From Tubulanus polymorphus (Eukaryota; Animalia; Nemertea), in contig NC_134031.1 of assembly GCF_964204645.1 (NCBI RefSeq), positions 18,793,910-18,857,909 of the forward strand: 64,000 nt of DNA, given 5' to 3'. The notes under the pieces are model-generated. The model was not told the DNA's origin. It did not search any database and saw nothing but the letters and a program-made list of their open reading frames with translations. Both the position numbers and the translations under genes were made by a program. Below are positions 50,777-64,000 of this stretch, one piece after another; position 1 is the first letter of the stretch; each line of letters begins with the position of its first letter.

Positions 50777-51135
50777 CCGTAGATAGCGCAATAAGGTGAA
50801 GATATTGCTCCTTCTCCGTAGCACCACAAGGTGAAGATATTGCTCCTTCTCCGTAGCACCACAAGGTGAAGATATTGCTCCTTCTCCGTAGCACCACAAG
50901 GTGAAGATATTGCTCCTTCTCCGTAGCACCACAAGGTGAAGATATTGCTCCTTCTCCGTAGCACCACAAGATGAAGATATTGCTTCTTCTCCGTAGCACC
51001 ACAAGGTGCAAATATTGTCCCTTCTCTATAGATAGCGCCACAAGGTGAAGATATTGCCCCTTCTCCGATATACAGATAGCACCGCAATATGAAGATATTG
51101 CTCTTTCTCTGCAGATAGCGCTATAAGGTGAAGAA
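50777..51135. repeat. 35-bp minisatellite (~9 copies, longer degenerate units at the edges)
   Basis: CAAGGTGAAGATATTGCTCCTTCTCCGTAGCACCA; period 35 (50793, 50828, 50863). Confidence 0.95.
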
Positions 51136-52065
51136 GGTTTTCCACTCCTTGTGGTTCTCGAGGCGAAGGGATATACAAAAACATTATTAACAAAATAACC
51201 CCTGTACCTACATCCCGCTGCGTGACCGCTACAGGCAAACGGTTCTGATTTCTCTATTCAGTTTGTTTTTTCTCTACCTTACGCATAAAAAGTTTTATAC
51301 AAATTCTAGAATTTTCCCCGAGATATTAATTTCCATCAGTCATACAATAGTTTATTGTTCGACTCTTCATTCATAAGTTGTTAAATGTATTACACAGCGT
51401 GGGCTGTGGCTATATCGCAACGTTTCCTTCGGAGAATGTATAATTCTAACTGTCTAAAAATATCTCGTCACTCATATCTTTGCAAAGTATAGTAAATTAT
51501 GATATCAGATTCGCACACTATGTAAATAAATTCAAACATCCTTCTGACCTAACTTCAAGAAGAACAAATCGCAAATATTTTGTCGAGCGATTTCGTTTTG
51601 AGTTTCACAGTTTATTGCTGCGTATAAACCGTGTCTAGATGTTGTCTTTTGATGGCATTTTCAAACACAATTCACACGATGTTTTCGACGTTATTTCGCG
51701 CAAGTAAAAATGTACCCGTGATCTCATCAAAGACGCTGTCACCTTTGTTTGCACGTCTTCAGTCCGGATGCCGCTTTGCTACTTTAGTTTCTGTGTTTTT
51801 CGTCCAGAAGCTTCGTTCGTGTTCGTTTCAAGGTACCCGCATTGAGCGCCGTATATTTTTGTGCTCACGTTTTGCACGGCGAGATAAAACCAGGTTTTTG
51901 AAGTAGGGATTATACCCGCAGGTTCTCAAAGCTCGAGTGCAAGAAATCGCGATGGAAAAAAATTAATTACACTTTTAAGGCATCATCGCCAGCACGCAAC
52001 TAAAGAGCAATCAAATATAAAACTAGGCGGTTTCAAAACCTACACTCAAGTAAGGTTAAATTCGA

Positions 52066-52398
52066 CTGAATCCAGTTACACAGTTGTGTAGGTTTAATTT
52101 ACCCTATGGATCCAGTTCCAAAGTCATGTGGATCTAATTTTACTCCAAACCAATTCCACAATTGTGTGGGTTTAATTTGACTCTGAACACAGTGCAACAG
52201 TTGTGGCTGCTTGATATGACTCTGAACCCAGTCCCACAGTTGTCTGGGTTTAATTTGACGCACGTCTCATTTGATCCAGTTCTCATGTTATGTGGATTTA
52301 ATTTAACTGTGAACCCAGTTCCACGTTGTGTGGGTTTAATTTGTCGCTGGATCCATTTCCACAGTTATATCAAATTCACTGGATCCAGTTCCACACAG
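52066..52398 (+). repeat. 39-bp family array (~9 diverged units)
   Basis: Repeated (C/T)TG(G/A)A(T/C)CCAGTTCCACAGTTGTGTGGGTTTAATTTGACT. Confidence 0.88.
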
Positions 52399-53479
52399 AG
52401 ATGTTGCCACTTTCACCCAAATGACTACGAGATCTGCACGGCAATCTAAAGCGGATATTTAGCACGCTATAAAATCGCCTGACACGACCGGGAGGTCGAT
52501 AGAAACAAGAAATAACATGTCAACAACAAGTCTAGAAATGATTTTATCAGACAAACTAAACCTCTCCGTATCAATTCACAAATATCTCGTCACATCGCGA
52601 ATCCCCTGATGACTGATGTAAGCATATGATTTTTTTTTCTGCGTGTCGTATAAAGAAGTCATGATTTATCGGATGACGGGTTATCAGAATTTCCCACGAC
52701 GCCGGCAAATATCAATTATTGGATCAATTCTGTCAACAAGTAGCAGTGGTTTGGCGGTCGTGTGGTCGGCGTGAGTGAGTGAGTGAGTGAGAGAGAGAGG
52801 GGAGGAATGGGGAGTGAGGGTAAAGGGCTGAGGGGGGGGGGGTGAGGTGGGTTTGAGTCAGTGTAGGCTCGTGTAAATAGAATATCCATCAGACACGAGG
52901 AAAGCGACAGTCTTGAAGAATCCACGCAGGACAGACAGCGTCATTCCCGGCTTCCAACCTCAATCTTTCCCCAGCTCCTGTACTCCGTCCTACTCTTTTC
53001 CTTTTCGCATTTCTTATTCTCGCCCCACTCGCTCCCCGCTAGCGAGCTCTTCTCCCTTCCTCGCCCTCTCTTCAGCTTCCTCTCATAAAATGTCAACAGT
53101 CTTTCAATTAGGGACGCATTCTGGCATGCTAATCGCGTTGTATGTCGACTCTGTAACAGTTTGAATCTATGCGTCGGTTGGTTCTATTCTCTCTATGAGA
53201 TTCTCTGTCGATGGCTAATTATCTCTGATTACTTCCTCGTTGATGTCTTAGCGATGTGCTTTTCCGTGTCGGTTTTTTGATTAATGATTCGTCGCCTCCG
53301 CTTGTGTATCGGGTCTCTATCTGAGCTGAGCTGCACGCGTGCTTTCATTTCAACAGCAATAACTAAGTAACGACGAATAAAAAAGTTGACTGCCGTCACA
53401 CTTCAACTAACTGATCCGATACTGTAGGAATTTACAAGCTGGTTAACCCTTTAAACATGGCCTCGTATCGTAATAGACG

Positions 53480-53815
53480 ACTCACAACTGCGGAACTGGG
53501 TTCAGAGTCGAACTAAACCCACACAACGGTGGAACTGGATCCAGAATCAAATTAAACGGACACAACTGTGAAACCTGGTCCAGAGTAAAAACCTATACAA
53601 CTGTGGAACTGGGTCCACAGTCAAATTAAACCCACATAACCGTAGAACTGGGTCCACAGTCAAATTAAACCCACACAACTGTGGAACTGGATCCAGAATC
53701 AAATTAAAGGCACACAACTGTAGACCTGGGTCCTGAGTCAATTTATACTTAGACAATTGTGAAACTGTTTTCTGAGTCAAATCATACTCACACAATACTA
53801 TGGAACTAGATCAAG
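53480..53815 (-). repeat. 39-bp family array (~9 units, inverted relative to the 52066 array)
   Basis: Repeated AGTCAAATTAAACCCACACAACTGTGGAACTGG(A/G)TCCAG. Confidence 0.9.
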
Positions 53816-55320
53816 ACTTACTTTTAAGATTCGTCATTTTGACGACATTAAATTTCGAAGCAATAAGAAATACATCTCTCACCGATCAATAGCTGTTCTT
53901 TGATGTATGTTTCGGAAGAAGGTCGCACGCGCAATGTGGGATGTGGGTATTTAACGGCGTGCAGGAAGGGGGGAGGGGATGATCAGTGTCTTTACGATAT
54001 TGTTGTGTCTGGAGATGGAAAGCGATCGTGTTCTCTTTGAAGCCCACGGTCTCTGAACACGACGACGATTATCTCGCGCAGACAAACGTGGGTTGAAAAT
54101 AACCAAAACATGTTTAATACTATTATCGTAATTTGCATGAATCAACCCACCCGTATTTCGGTTTACGAGCTTGTAACATGATTATTAACTTAATCTCTAA
54201 GCGGAAGAATTTCTTTTTCTCTGTCGAACTGAATCGAACTAGCATGAATGAAAATCCTTTTAGAGGGTAAATCGAAATTCGAAAATGCGGATTACCAAGA
54301 TGCAAAAGGGATATAAGTAGGAAAAGAGTAATTCCAGGATTCGAACCCGCAATTCTAAGCGCTCAAGTCACCTCTGGCTACTTGAGCAAAACCCCACGAA
54401 CATTATCGTGTATTCTCTTTTGCTGCCACGGTTTGGAAAAAAAAAACCTCGACTTTTTTTTCAATTAAACATAAAAATTCATTAAGTTTAAAACCACCTG
54501 TTATCGAAAAAAGAAAGTCGACATTATGAAAACAGTTTTTCTCTTTGCGATAATCTGTTATATCAACCTCTATTTTTAACACCGCGCGTTAGGAATCAAG
54601 ATGAAGTTCCAACAGACTTGGATCAGATTTTGAAAACAAACCTGAATGAATTTTCACGCTTTAGTATGATGCGTATATATCATCTCTTACATAGTTTAGT
54701 ATTTTTAAGCACCTGTGCCTCTGAGTGGAACTGCTTATATTGTAACGGGCGCGTACCTGTGTTCTGTTCAGCACACTTAGTGAGATGGAATAACACCTTG
54801 AACCAGAATTTTCGAATTCCATCGTGGAAAAATAGATAACATTGATAAAAAGATAATTACGGATAGTTTGCTGTTGATAATGGTGCTATATGATCGCAAT
54901 AGCAAACTTTAGGGTTACACAGAGCCTTTCCCGAAACTCCATCTATACAAAACGGAATGAGAATAAGAACTGTTGTTTATTTCCAATTGGAACCTTAATA
55001 CATCTTGGGAATATCTTAAATTCTATGGGCAATATCTCAAATCTGAACTGATTTTTACATTCGTAACATCTGGGTGTAATAGCCTAAGAGCCTTTAGAAG
55101 CTGGGTGCAATAGCCTAGCGTGAAGTTTGTGGTGGGACTTTATTTTGCAGAGACGTTTGTAAGTAATTCAAATTCGTTATTAGTTATTTCGGGGGTTCAT
55201 TCTGAACCCGAGGTTAAGTGATGGTCGTACCCCGACACAAAACTCGTACAAACCCCCATATATATACCCTATATATAACTGACAGAGTAATCTACACAAA
55301 TATCATACATAAACATACAG

Positions 55321-55529
<209 letters not shown>

Positions 55530-55567
55530 ATTACATATTGTTAGATGACATCAATCATAATAAGAGA

Positions 55568-55592
55568 GCAGCAGCAGCAGCAGCAGCAGCAG
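55568..55592. repeat. (CAG)8 microsatellite
   Basis: GCAGCAGCAG run. Confidence 0.9.
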
Positions 55593-55942
55593 CTAACCTA
55601 GCTCATCATCATTTCAGTAACCCAGGTGGTAAGTGAAACGGTTCCCACTAATTAAACAGACACTTCCCTCCTCTTTCTCTCACTCTCATAGTTACATGAG
55701 TTATGATAACGAACTCATAGAACCTGCTTTCCTACATTCATGATGAACTATCGAATGAATAATCGAAAGAAAAATTTTCTTTTAATGAATACAAAACTAA
55801 GCCAGCCTCAGTTGACCCTTCACTTTCTGAGCTCCAAATCTAATTTCGCATCTTGAACGCCGTGTCGCCACTGTCACAGAGCAACATTCTGTTTTTTAGA
55901 GCTTAGAGTCACTGTGTCAACTATCCACTGGTTAACTCTAAC

Positions 55943-55970
55943 CAGGGAGGTGGTCACTCCCACCTCCCTG
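55943..55970. mobile_element. 28-bp palindromic micro-insertion with 7-bp TSD
   Basis: CTCTAAC|CAGGGAGGTGG-TCACTC-CCACCTCCCTG|CTCTAAC. Confidence 0.75.
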
Positions 55971-56790
55971 CTCTAACCAACTTTTAAGCAACCGGGCCCT
56001 GATTTTTAACGATAATTCTTTTTTCAAACAATTCGAAAATATCCTATATACTCTCATAAGCTTTCTGGACCCCAAACGCCCTTCAATAGCCTGACTACAT
56101 TAAATCCGCTGAGCAAAACAACAAAAAAACAACTTAAAGAGTATATTCATGTACTTTAGCTTGTGGAAAAGTAACATTTTATCAATTCGTTTTGCTACGA
56201 GAAGTTCGCTGATTCTACTCACAGTTTCTTACCTTGCACCATCATATCAAGATGCGGATATCTTCACAGGTACCCCCAGCACTCAGTTTCAGTTCTGTAG
56301 CTATTTCGATGTAAAGATTAGTATTGTTTGAATGCCGTTCTTGTTTTGTATGAACAATTTCAGACGGGTTATTACACGGGTTTTTTAATAGTTGGAATGT
56401 CAGTAAGTGGTTCTCTACGGCAATTATTATCTGGTTGATTTTTCGCCCGGGGTTGGCGCGATTTCGACGAGCCGCCGGATAAACAAAGCTACAACAGTAA
56501 CTAAAAGTTCTATTGTCAGAAGGTTACGTTGGTTTTTGTCTCGTTAAAAACGTCTATATTTGAAACTGAAACGGCTCCAACCGGATTCACCTGATATATA
56601 CCAGAAATTCGTTATCAATGCGCTACGTACTTTTATCTCTGAAAATAACAACAAGGGGTCGAAATCTTTTCTTCCGTCAGAAAGTTTTACAACTCAATAC
56701 AACATAAAGTCGGGGTCTAGTAGTAACAGCGCTTTATTTATTTATCTGCGTGAGAAGAAAGAATAGAATATTTATGACAGTAGATTTCGA

Positions 56791-57215
56791 GAATCCAGTT
56801 CCACAGTCGTAGGTTTTATCTTGGAAAGACACTCAGTAGTTCCATGTGGAGGCAGTTAGTTAGTTCCACAGGGGTTTGATGCTGAAATCTGCAGTTCGAT
56901 AGTGTGGGTTTAGTTCGATTCAGGATACATGCTCCACAGGGCTTTGACGCTGAACCCAGTTCCGCAGTTGTGGGGTTTGATTTGACTCTGGATCCAGTTC
57001 CACAGTTGTTGGGTTTGATTTGACTCTGGATCCAGTTCCACAGTTGTGGGGTTTGATTTGACTCTGGATCCAGTTCTACAGTTGTGCGGGTTTAATTTGA
57101 CTGTAGACCCACTTCCACAGTTGTGCGGAATTAGTTAGTCTCCGGGTCCAGTACCACAGATGACTCTGGATGCACTTCTACTATAGTGCAGGTTTAGACT
57201 CTTGATCCAATTCAC
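56791..57215 (+). repeat. 39-bp family array (~10 units, homogeneous centre, decayed edges)
   Basis: CTGGATCCAGTTCCACAGTTGT(G/T)GGGTTTGATTTGACT repeats. Confidence 0.9.
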
Positions 57216-59437
57216 GGAATTGAGGTACCAATTTACAGTCTTATTTTTATGACCAGCGCAGTTATTGACTGCCGCTGCTGCCGCTGCTTTTCCTTTTATC
57301 AAACACAAAAATTGATAGAAGTATCGTTTATGTGAACTATAGTTTTTATCACTGAACGCAGTCAGTGTTCTACCGATCTCTGATATTGACAATGTGTAGA
57401 CATCGCGTCTATTTACTTGACGTGGATCAATAACAAACGCTTATCAATAAGTCGAAACGCGAAAAGGTAAGAGAATCAAATGATAAGTCGTTATCGGGGG
57501 ATAAAACGATACGGTACGGTTTTATTAGCTATCATAAAATTTCGGAATGGTAGCGGCATGTAGATCTATTACACAGAACCAGAGTAGGAGTCTAAAAAAT
57601 GATTTTTGGCCGCAATCAAGAAATATAGAATAAAAGGAACATCCGTGTTATTAATTCATCCCGAATGATAGTTTAATTATGACAATATAATTGTCGAATT
57701 GTGTCTGGAATGATGTATATTGTTATTATTGTCACATGATGTACGCAGTAAGTGCGTCGAACAACGCCGTCTAGCGGTATACAACAGAACTAGACCTGTT
57801 CCAGAAAACATGGCTGCCTCCAGTGAGTTGCGATTGAAGTATTCCGGTTCTGGAATATGAATTTGCGAATATCAAACTCTCTACCGGCCGCTTCTATCAG
57901 GTTTACAGATTATACTATTCCAGAGTAGGTTCTGAGAGTTCTGGTCGAACCGAACGCGCCAGAAGAGAATTCCAGAATTGGCAGGGACCAATCGAAACCT
58001 ACCCTATTCAGTTAGAAAATAAAAGGGATTAATCATTTCTGGAATACGTATTTATATATTCGGGTAAAACTATATGATATATGAAAAAGAGGGTTCAGAA
58101 CGTCAGAAAACAAGGAAATACATCAAATTTTCTCAGAAAATCAGTTCTGGCACTCGCTTATTGCGAGGAAGGCTTATGACTAAATATCGTCTAGCCGCAA
58201 TAATCTCAACTACTTCATATTTTCATTACTTTAATCTAAATCGTAGATAGCGTAGGCGCGAGTCGCGTGTGTACAGACAGTCTGAGAGGAGTGCGCGATG
58301 AAACTCTTTAAGATGAGATACGTAATCAAGAAGTGTCTGTAAAATGTGTTAATGTTATCGCTCATATCAATGGTATAAACTCGGCGCATATCGAAGTTAT
58401 TCATATGGATAAATTTTCAACGTGTTTCTAATATCAACAGCTATGAAAAAAAAATATGGTGATAAAAACCAGCCTCGAAACCTCTCCGTAAGCCACAGTA
58501 ATCAGCCGAATTTGACTCCAGATTTCAGATTAGTTAATTTCCAATTTTCTAATCGAGAACCTTAGGAAACCAACCCCTGAAGTCTATTTCATGAATAAAT
58601 CCCCGAAACCGCGTGAAATAAAGTAATTCGCTTGATTAGATGGTATTTTTTTAGAATTTATTTCACCAGAAGCCGTTTTCGTTGTTATCTCCGGTTTTAC
58701 CTGGTGAAATATCACCTCAGATTCAAATTACCTAATTGAATTTTGAATTCTTCAAAAAAACGAACTCGCGGGATTCGCCGCCATCGGAAAGAGACGGGAA
58801 GCTGAAACTGCGCCGGAATTCGCATTAATTACCCGCAGATTCTATCGGGTTTTTCTCAGAATTTCGCTCGTCGAACGCGAAGTTCCGCAAAGAAGCCATA
58901 TCGCGGTCAAGCCTCCGGCAAAAATGCTCTAACGACTTGAGAAAATTTTCAAGCGAAAAAATAAAAAGAATACGCTCAAACGCAACTGATTAAACTTGGT
59001 TGGGCGGCGCGATTTGAACCGATCGAGGCTTCACTCAGGTAATGGTTGAAGCAAACAGTCATCACCTGTATACGACGATGATTGTCGGTCCTAATTTTCG
59101 ACGAAGTAGCTGCTCTCCTGCTCCCCGCACGCACCGACGACACAAATGTTTGTCGTTCTATTAATAAAAGAGCTGCTCTAATGGATCGTTGGTTGCGCTG
59201 GTAAAACACACACGATGCCTGTTGCTGCTTGCTCATGCTCTGAATAACTAACTAAAAACGAAATCTCATCGGTAGCCGCTGCCTGCTTCCGTAACACAGG
59301 TTGTGCGAAATGTGTCCGCAAACCCATCAAGAACTTTTAAAGAAAGAGTTCGCAATTATGAAGAAAATCTAAGAGTGGAGAAGTTTCGCAAATGTGGGAA
59401 AACGAATATGAGCAATTTTCAAATCATCGGAAACTGC

Positions 59438-60060
59438 TTTGAAAATGTCTGCGAGTCTAAACGTCACTACTCTTAGTTTTGTAAAAAATGGTTCGCAGAA
59501 TCGAGTCTTAACGTTACTACTCTCTTAGTTTTGAAAATGGCTCGTAGAATTGAGTCTTAACGTTACTACTCTCTTAGTTTTGAAAATGGCTCGTAGAATC
59601 GAGTCTTAACGTTACTACTCTCTTAGTTTTGAAAATGGCTCGTAGAATTGAGTCTTAACGTTACTACTCTCTTAGTTTTGAAAATGGCTCGTAGAATCGA
59701 GTCTAAACGTTACTACCCTCTTAGTTGTGAAAATGGCTCATAGAATCGAGTCTTGTCGTTACTACTTTCTTAGTTTCGAAAATGGCTCGTAGAATCGAGT
59801 CTTGTCGTTACTCTTTCTTAGTTTCGAAAATGGCTCGTAGAATCGAGTCTAAACGTTACTACTCTCTTAGTTTTGAAAATGGCTCGTAGAATCGAGTCTA
59901 AACGTTACTACTCTCTTAGTTGTGAAAATGGCTCGTAGAATCGAGTCTAAACGTTACTACCCTCTTAGTTGTGAAAATGGCTCATAGAATCGAGTCTTGT
60001 CGTTACTACTTTCTTAGTTTCGAAAATGGCTCGTAGAATCGAGTCTTGTCGTTACTTTAC
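59438..60060. repeat. 49-bp minisatellite (~13 copies) with higher-order duplication
   Basis: AATCGAGTCT(T/A)AACGTTACTACTCTCTTAGTTTTGAAAATGGCTCGTAG; period 49 (59521, 59570). Confidence 0.95.
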
Positions 60061-60430
60061 TCTTTTTTCACTTTTTATTCATAAATGTGAGTTTTATCTG
60101 CAATTGAATTATAGACAGTCACGTGTCTATATTTCACGCGCTGCTCACTGAGATGAAATGGATCATATTTTAAAGTATTTCAATTATGAATTCATCGCTT
60201 TATTCCACGCTGTCGTTCATACTCTCAGGCAATTAACGACTGTAGTCGTGCGTTTTAATTGCTTTTCACATCCTCAATAAATTCAACCTTGCGGCGAAAT
60301 TAGTCGCCTTTTTATCGAGATATTAGGAAAATGCGATTAGCGTAAAAATCATTATTCAAAGAAATAACATTCAGTCCAAAATCTGGTCAAGGTTTCATTG
60401 TTTTAACGGTGTAGAAATTCCATAGTAATC

Positions 60431-60567
60431 GGGTTCAATTTGTTTCTGGATCCAGTTCCACAGTTGTGTGGGTTTAATTCACTCTGGGCCCAGTTCCACA
60501 GTTGCGTGGGTTTAATTTGACTCTGGACCCAGTTCCACAGTTGTGCGGGTTTAACTTGACTCTGGTT
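60431..60567 (+). repeat. 39-bp family array (~3.5 units)
   Basis: CTGG(AT/GC/AC)CCAGTTCCACAGTTG.G.GGGTTTAA.T(G)ACT three times. Confidence 0.9.
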
Positions 60568-62379
60568 AATCTGAATATTTGATCCCTGCTCAACAGGTAT
60601 GGCTTACTAAACTCAAAATAGCATTTGAGCTATTTGCGGAAGTCCTTGCTATCTATAAAGCATAAACAAGGAGCGAGACTTATGCTCATACTAAACTCAG
60701 ACCGTTATAGCATTCAACCGTCATAGAAAGCGACAGTTCCCACGATTCACGAAACAAGATGTTCTTGTTTTATAGCCGAATATTGCAATATAATTAATGA
60801 TCTACTGCGGACATCAAAGGAGATATAGATTGTGGATTATTGCCTGAGATGAATCCATTTCCGGTTGTAAGAAGCGTGTCGCGCGGCAATTAAAACATAC
60901 AGGTATGACGTCACCGGGGATTTCATCTAATCACTATTTGTATGTAGACTTATCATATTTTCATCCCTGTCCAATCAATCAGAATGAGATTGATTGTATA
61001 TTCGTGATTAAGGTTATTCAGTACAGATTAGTGCTTCGTTGCTGCAATGGGAAAAGACTTTGCAGTATCTTTCACCGGAGACTGTTAGTACGTGTCTGGT
61101 ATATCGCCACCCAAGACCCAGGTGAACACTACAGTGCGTACAACCGACTGCCAGGAGGACTGGGGTGAAAGACCTGTGAACCGCACAACGATGAGCGTAA
61201 AGAGAGCACTAAAATACGTAACTTGATCTGACGTGAATTTCACAATTCAAGAGATCCTTGATTCAGTCCTGAAAAAGATTCACTTCTTACTATCCTTCGT
61301 CATTCATTCTTTGATCGACAAATAGGCTCTTCACGTCGGTGGACCCCTCACACTTCTTGTACAATATTCTTTTAGACATTAGAACCATTGGAATTCGAAA
61401 TCGCGAGCACAATAGTGAAATATAGAGTTTATCGGCTGCCATCACATAGCAACGAGGCGCAACAATTACTGGCGTTTATTCACAGCAGACGTGACTGAAA
61501 ATCAAATTAAATCTCAATTTTACATTTTCAATTCCCCGTGTTCAAACAACTGTTGCGCTGATACGGAACGAGGAAGCTAATTCACGGAAGAGAACGTGGG
61601 CCTGGATTCGGGTGTTGGCAGGTTCTGAACCTCGCGGGATACAGTCGTTGAATTTTATCAGTAATCGCAGCCCGGAATATTCCCCTCTCGATCTTTGTAA
61701 CCCCGAATCATTCTCTATACAGAAAAACGGAGCGCTGATAGTCGTTATGGAAATAACGAAGCGTAGTTGGTCTAAGGAGCAGCGACAGCGCACCGCTATG
61801 AAACCCTGAAGCCCGAAGGATAAAAACGAGGTTCTGATAATTCTAGAATCAACGCGATCCACAGCGCCATTCCGGTTTGCATTGCAGATTCTATTGTTAT
61901 GTAAATCAGTGCTTTGTCGTCGGATCTTGCGGTAGGCAATTCTTCTACATCGCCACAACCGCACGAAACGGTCGATCTCATATATGTAATTTTATTCGTA
62001 ATTCACCGGTAAAGCAGAAACTCAGCGCGGAAAACCGTCGAGAACGGGAGGACGCAAGGTTGAAATGGTTGTTTTCCGGTGTTTATCCCCGATATAATGA
62101 CGTGTCATCATCTGTGTGTTTGTAAAGACAGACGCCGATAGATGTATAAACTGAATATCATATCATCAGATTTGAAAATGGCGAAACAGGTTTTTGATTT
62201 GAAAATAATCAGTTAGCTGTCTACACGACCAGGGTATGAGGGAAGCTTATAGAAATTCAACTTACCTTTATACTGCTTATCATAAACCAGTGATTTTAGA
62301 ATGGAATTTTCTCTTCACGAATCAAGATCTGAAAGATAGGAAATTCGAAAATATACGTTCAGTTACAAATGATGGAAAT

Positions 62380-62574
62380 GCCCATTTGCACAATCGTGAC
62401 TTGTGTGCAAAAATGGTCTGAAATCTTAAGACTGGTCTCTAGTTAGATTGGCCGCCATAGAAATAAGATGAGCTTAGACCGGTCTCAGGTGGCTAGATTG
62501 GCTATAAAACGAATATGAGCTTGTTTTAGGTTGTTAGATTTTATATGGCACTGAAGTGTGCTTAGACTGGTCTT
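62380..62574 (+). mobile_element. MITE family B end with ~3 decayed internal 47-bp-type units
   Basis: GCCCATTTGCACAATCGTGACTT...AAATCTTAAGACTGGTCTCTAGTTAGATTGG...GAGCTTAGACCGGTCTCAGGTGGCTAGATTGGCTATA...CTTAGACTGGTCTT, i.e. the reverse complement of the 1652-2017 unit. Confidence 0.65.
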
Positions 62575-64000
62575 GTTTGGCTCTTGTTAGCTTTGACTGC
62601 AGCTGACCCAGGGACCGGTTGAACGGGGCAGGCTTAGATTTTTGTCTATTTGACTCAGTCCATGTTTCATAAACCAGATATATTATAGACTGCAGTTTTA
62701 CGATTCGATACTATATATAGGGCGCAATTGGGCCTAGGATAACACGTCCAGCGAATTCCCTCTCGTCCGGAAACAAATCCGATACATAGTCAGTCACAAA
62801 TATGGCGATTTGACGAGAAATAAGTAAGACACGGACGGAAACAGTAAATCGTGAAATACGCATAGAAACAACACCAATAAACACGAGAGATTATCATGAA
62901 TTTTTCATACGGAATAAATCCCCAGAAACACGATGTTAACACGCTGTACGAGACCCACTATTGGGTTTATATGTATCTGTCATCTTGTGCGATATTTGCT
63001 GCTATAACTCTCGAGACGTACTGTTCTTGATATTATTTCCAACCTTCTCGTCGTATTTAGGCCTTTCTGCATTAGACACTGAAACCGGTTTATACAATGT
63101 ATAAGTAGACGAGGCTTATAATAAAAGAACTGGATATTTTTTCATCATTTATCTGTAAAATGTTGCATTCTCTTATACGACTACTGTTTACTGTAAAATG
63201 AAAGTATTATCTTCATCATATTATTCATGCTCTCAACAGAAACAGTACAACCAACTGAACCAGCATGGTTACAGCAGAACCAGTAAAACAGCATGGCGCT
63301 TCAGGTGGTAATAACATGAAATCCTCGTCAAGCACGTTCATCGCCATTCAACGAAACATCGTCTAATGTTTCTCCTTAGCGAATTTTAAAGTCGTCTTTT
63401 CTTTACGGATACAATGCGCTGCCTTTCATTTTACATTTTAAGGACATTTTTTTTCTCTAATGAGTTTTCGAGACTTAATCCGCGTATAGGTTGCCAGCTA
63501 GCGAACAGGCGGCTCCTCGGTGCAACGCGCCCCGTTTTGATCTTCGCGACATCCACCGTCGCACGCATTTTCGCCTCCTATTTAGAGAAATACCGAAGAT
63601 ATTCTTCTTGCGGTGGAGGCTTCAAAGGCGCTCGGAGAACTAATCGAAAAATCCTGCGCGTACGTCGAGAGCTACCCCGGTGCGACGTCGCTTTCATTAT
63701 CCGTTAATTAATATGTGAACCCAGGAGAATCGGGGCGTTGTATGTAGACGCGCCACGGAAAGCGACAGTGCAAGCAACAAGCTCACTGCCGAGAAAGTTC
63801 AAGGCGCGTGGATAATAATACAAGTTACGAGGCTCGTTAGAAACTGACATTTCGCAATATTTCCGGTGTTGCTGAGCTACTATTATATGAGAAAAAGTCG
63901 CTTTGAAAATCCGCATTCAGACACCGCAGGGTTCGAACCCAAAATCTCATCTTCATTTTTTCAAATTAGTTGCACGAGTTTTAGTCGCCATCACGAGTTA

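Noticed and set aside
50777-51135. CRISPR-like appearance of the 35-bp array (also the 39-, 47- and 49-bp arrays)
   Set aside because: Units are contiguous with no unique spacers, there are no cas genes, and the context is eukaryotic.

Overview
This is AT-rich eukaryotic (metazoan, most likely invertebrate) genomic DNA without obvious CpG depletion. It reads as an intergenic region or a very large intron. I recognise no intact protein-coding gene; the longer ORFs in the track are by-products of tandem repeats. The only confident genes are two intron-containing tRNA-Tyr(GTA) genes at 35.7 and 36.7 kb. The rest is a dense repeat landscape: related PIF/Harbinger-like MITE families with 3-bp TSDs, which appear to be the source of a dispersed 39-bp and a 47-bp minisatellite; a probable SINE family; L2-type LINE ends; several local minisatellites; and microsatellites. 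The best leads are (i) the MITE-to-minisatellite link, (ii) a palindromic element at an identical position upstream of both tRNA-Tyr genes, and (iii) a 28-bp hairpin insertion with a perfect 7-bp target duplication. I cannot demonstrate a new biological system from the sequence alone. All alignments were done by eye, so boundaries of degenerate repeats are approximate.
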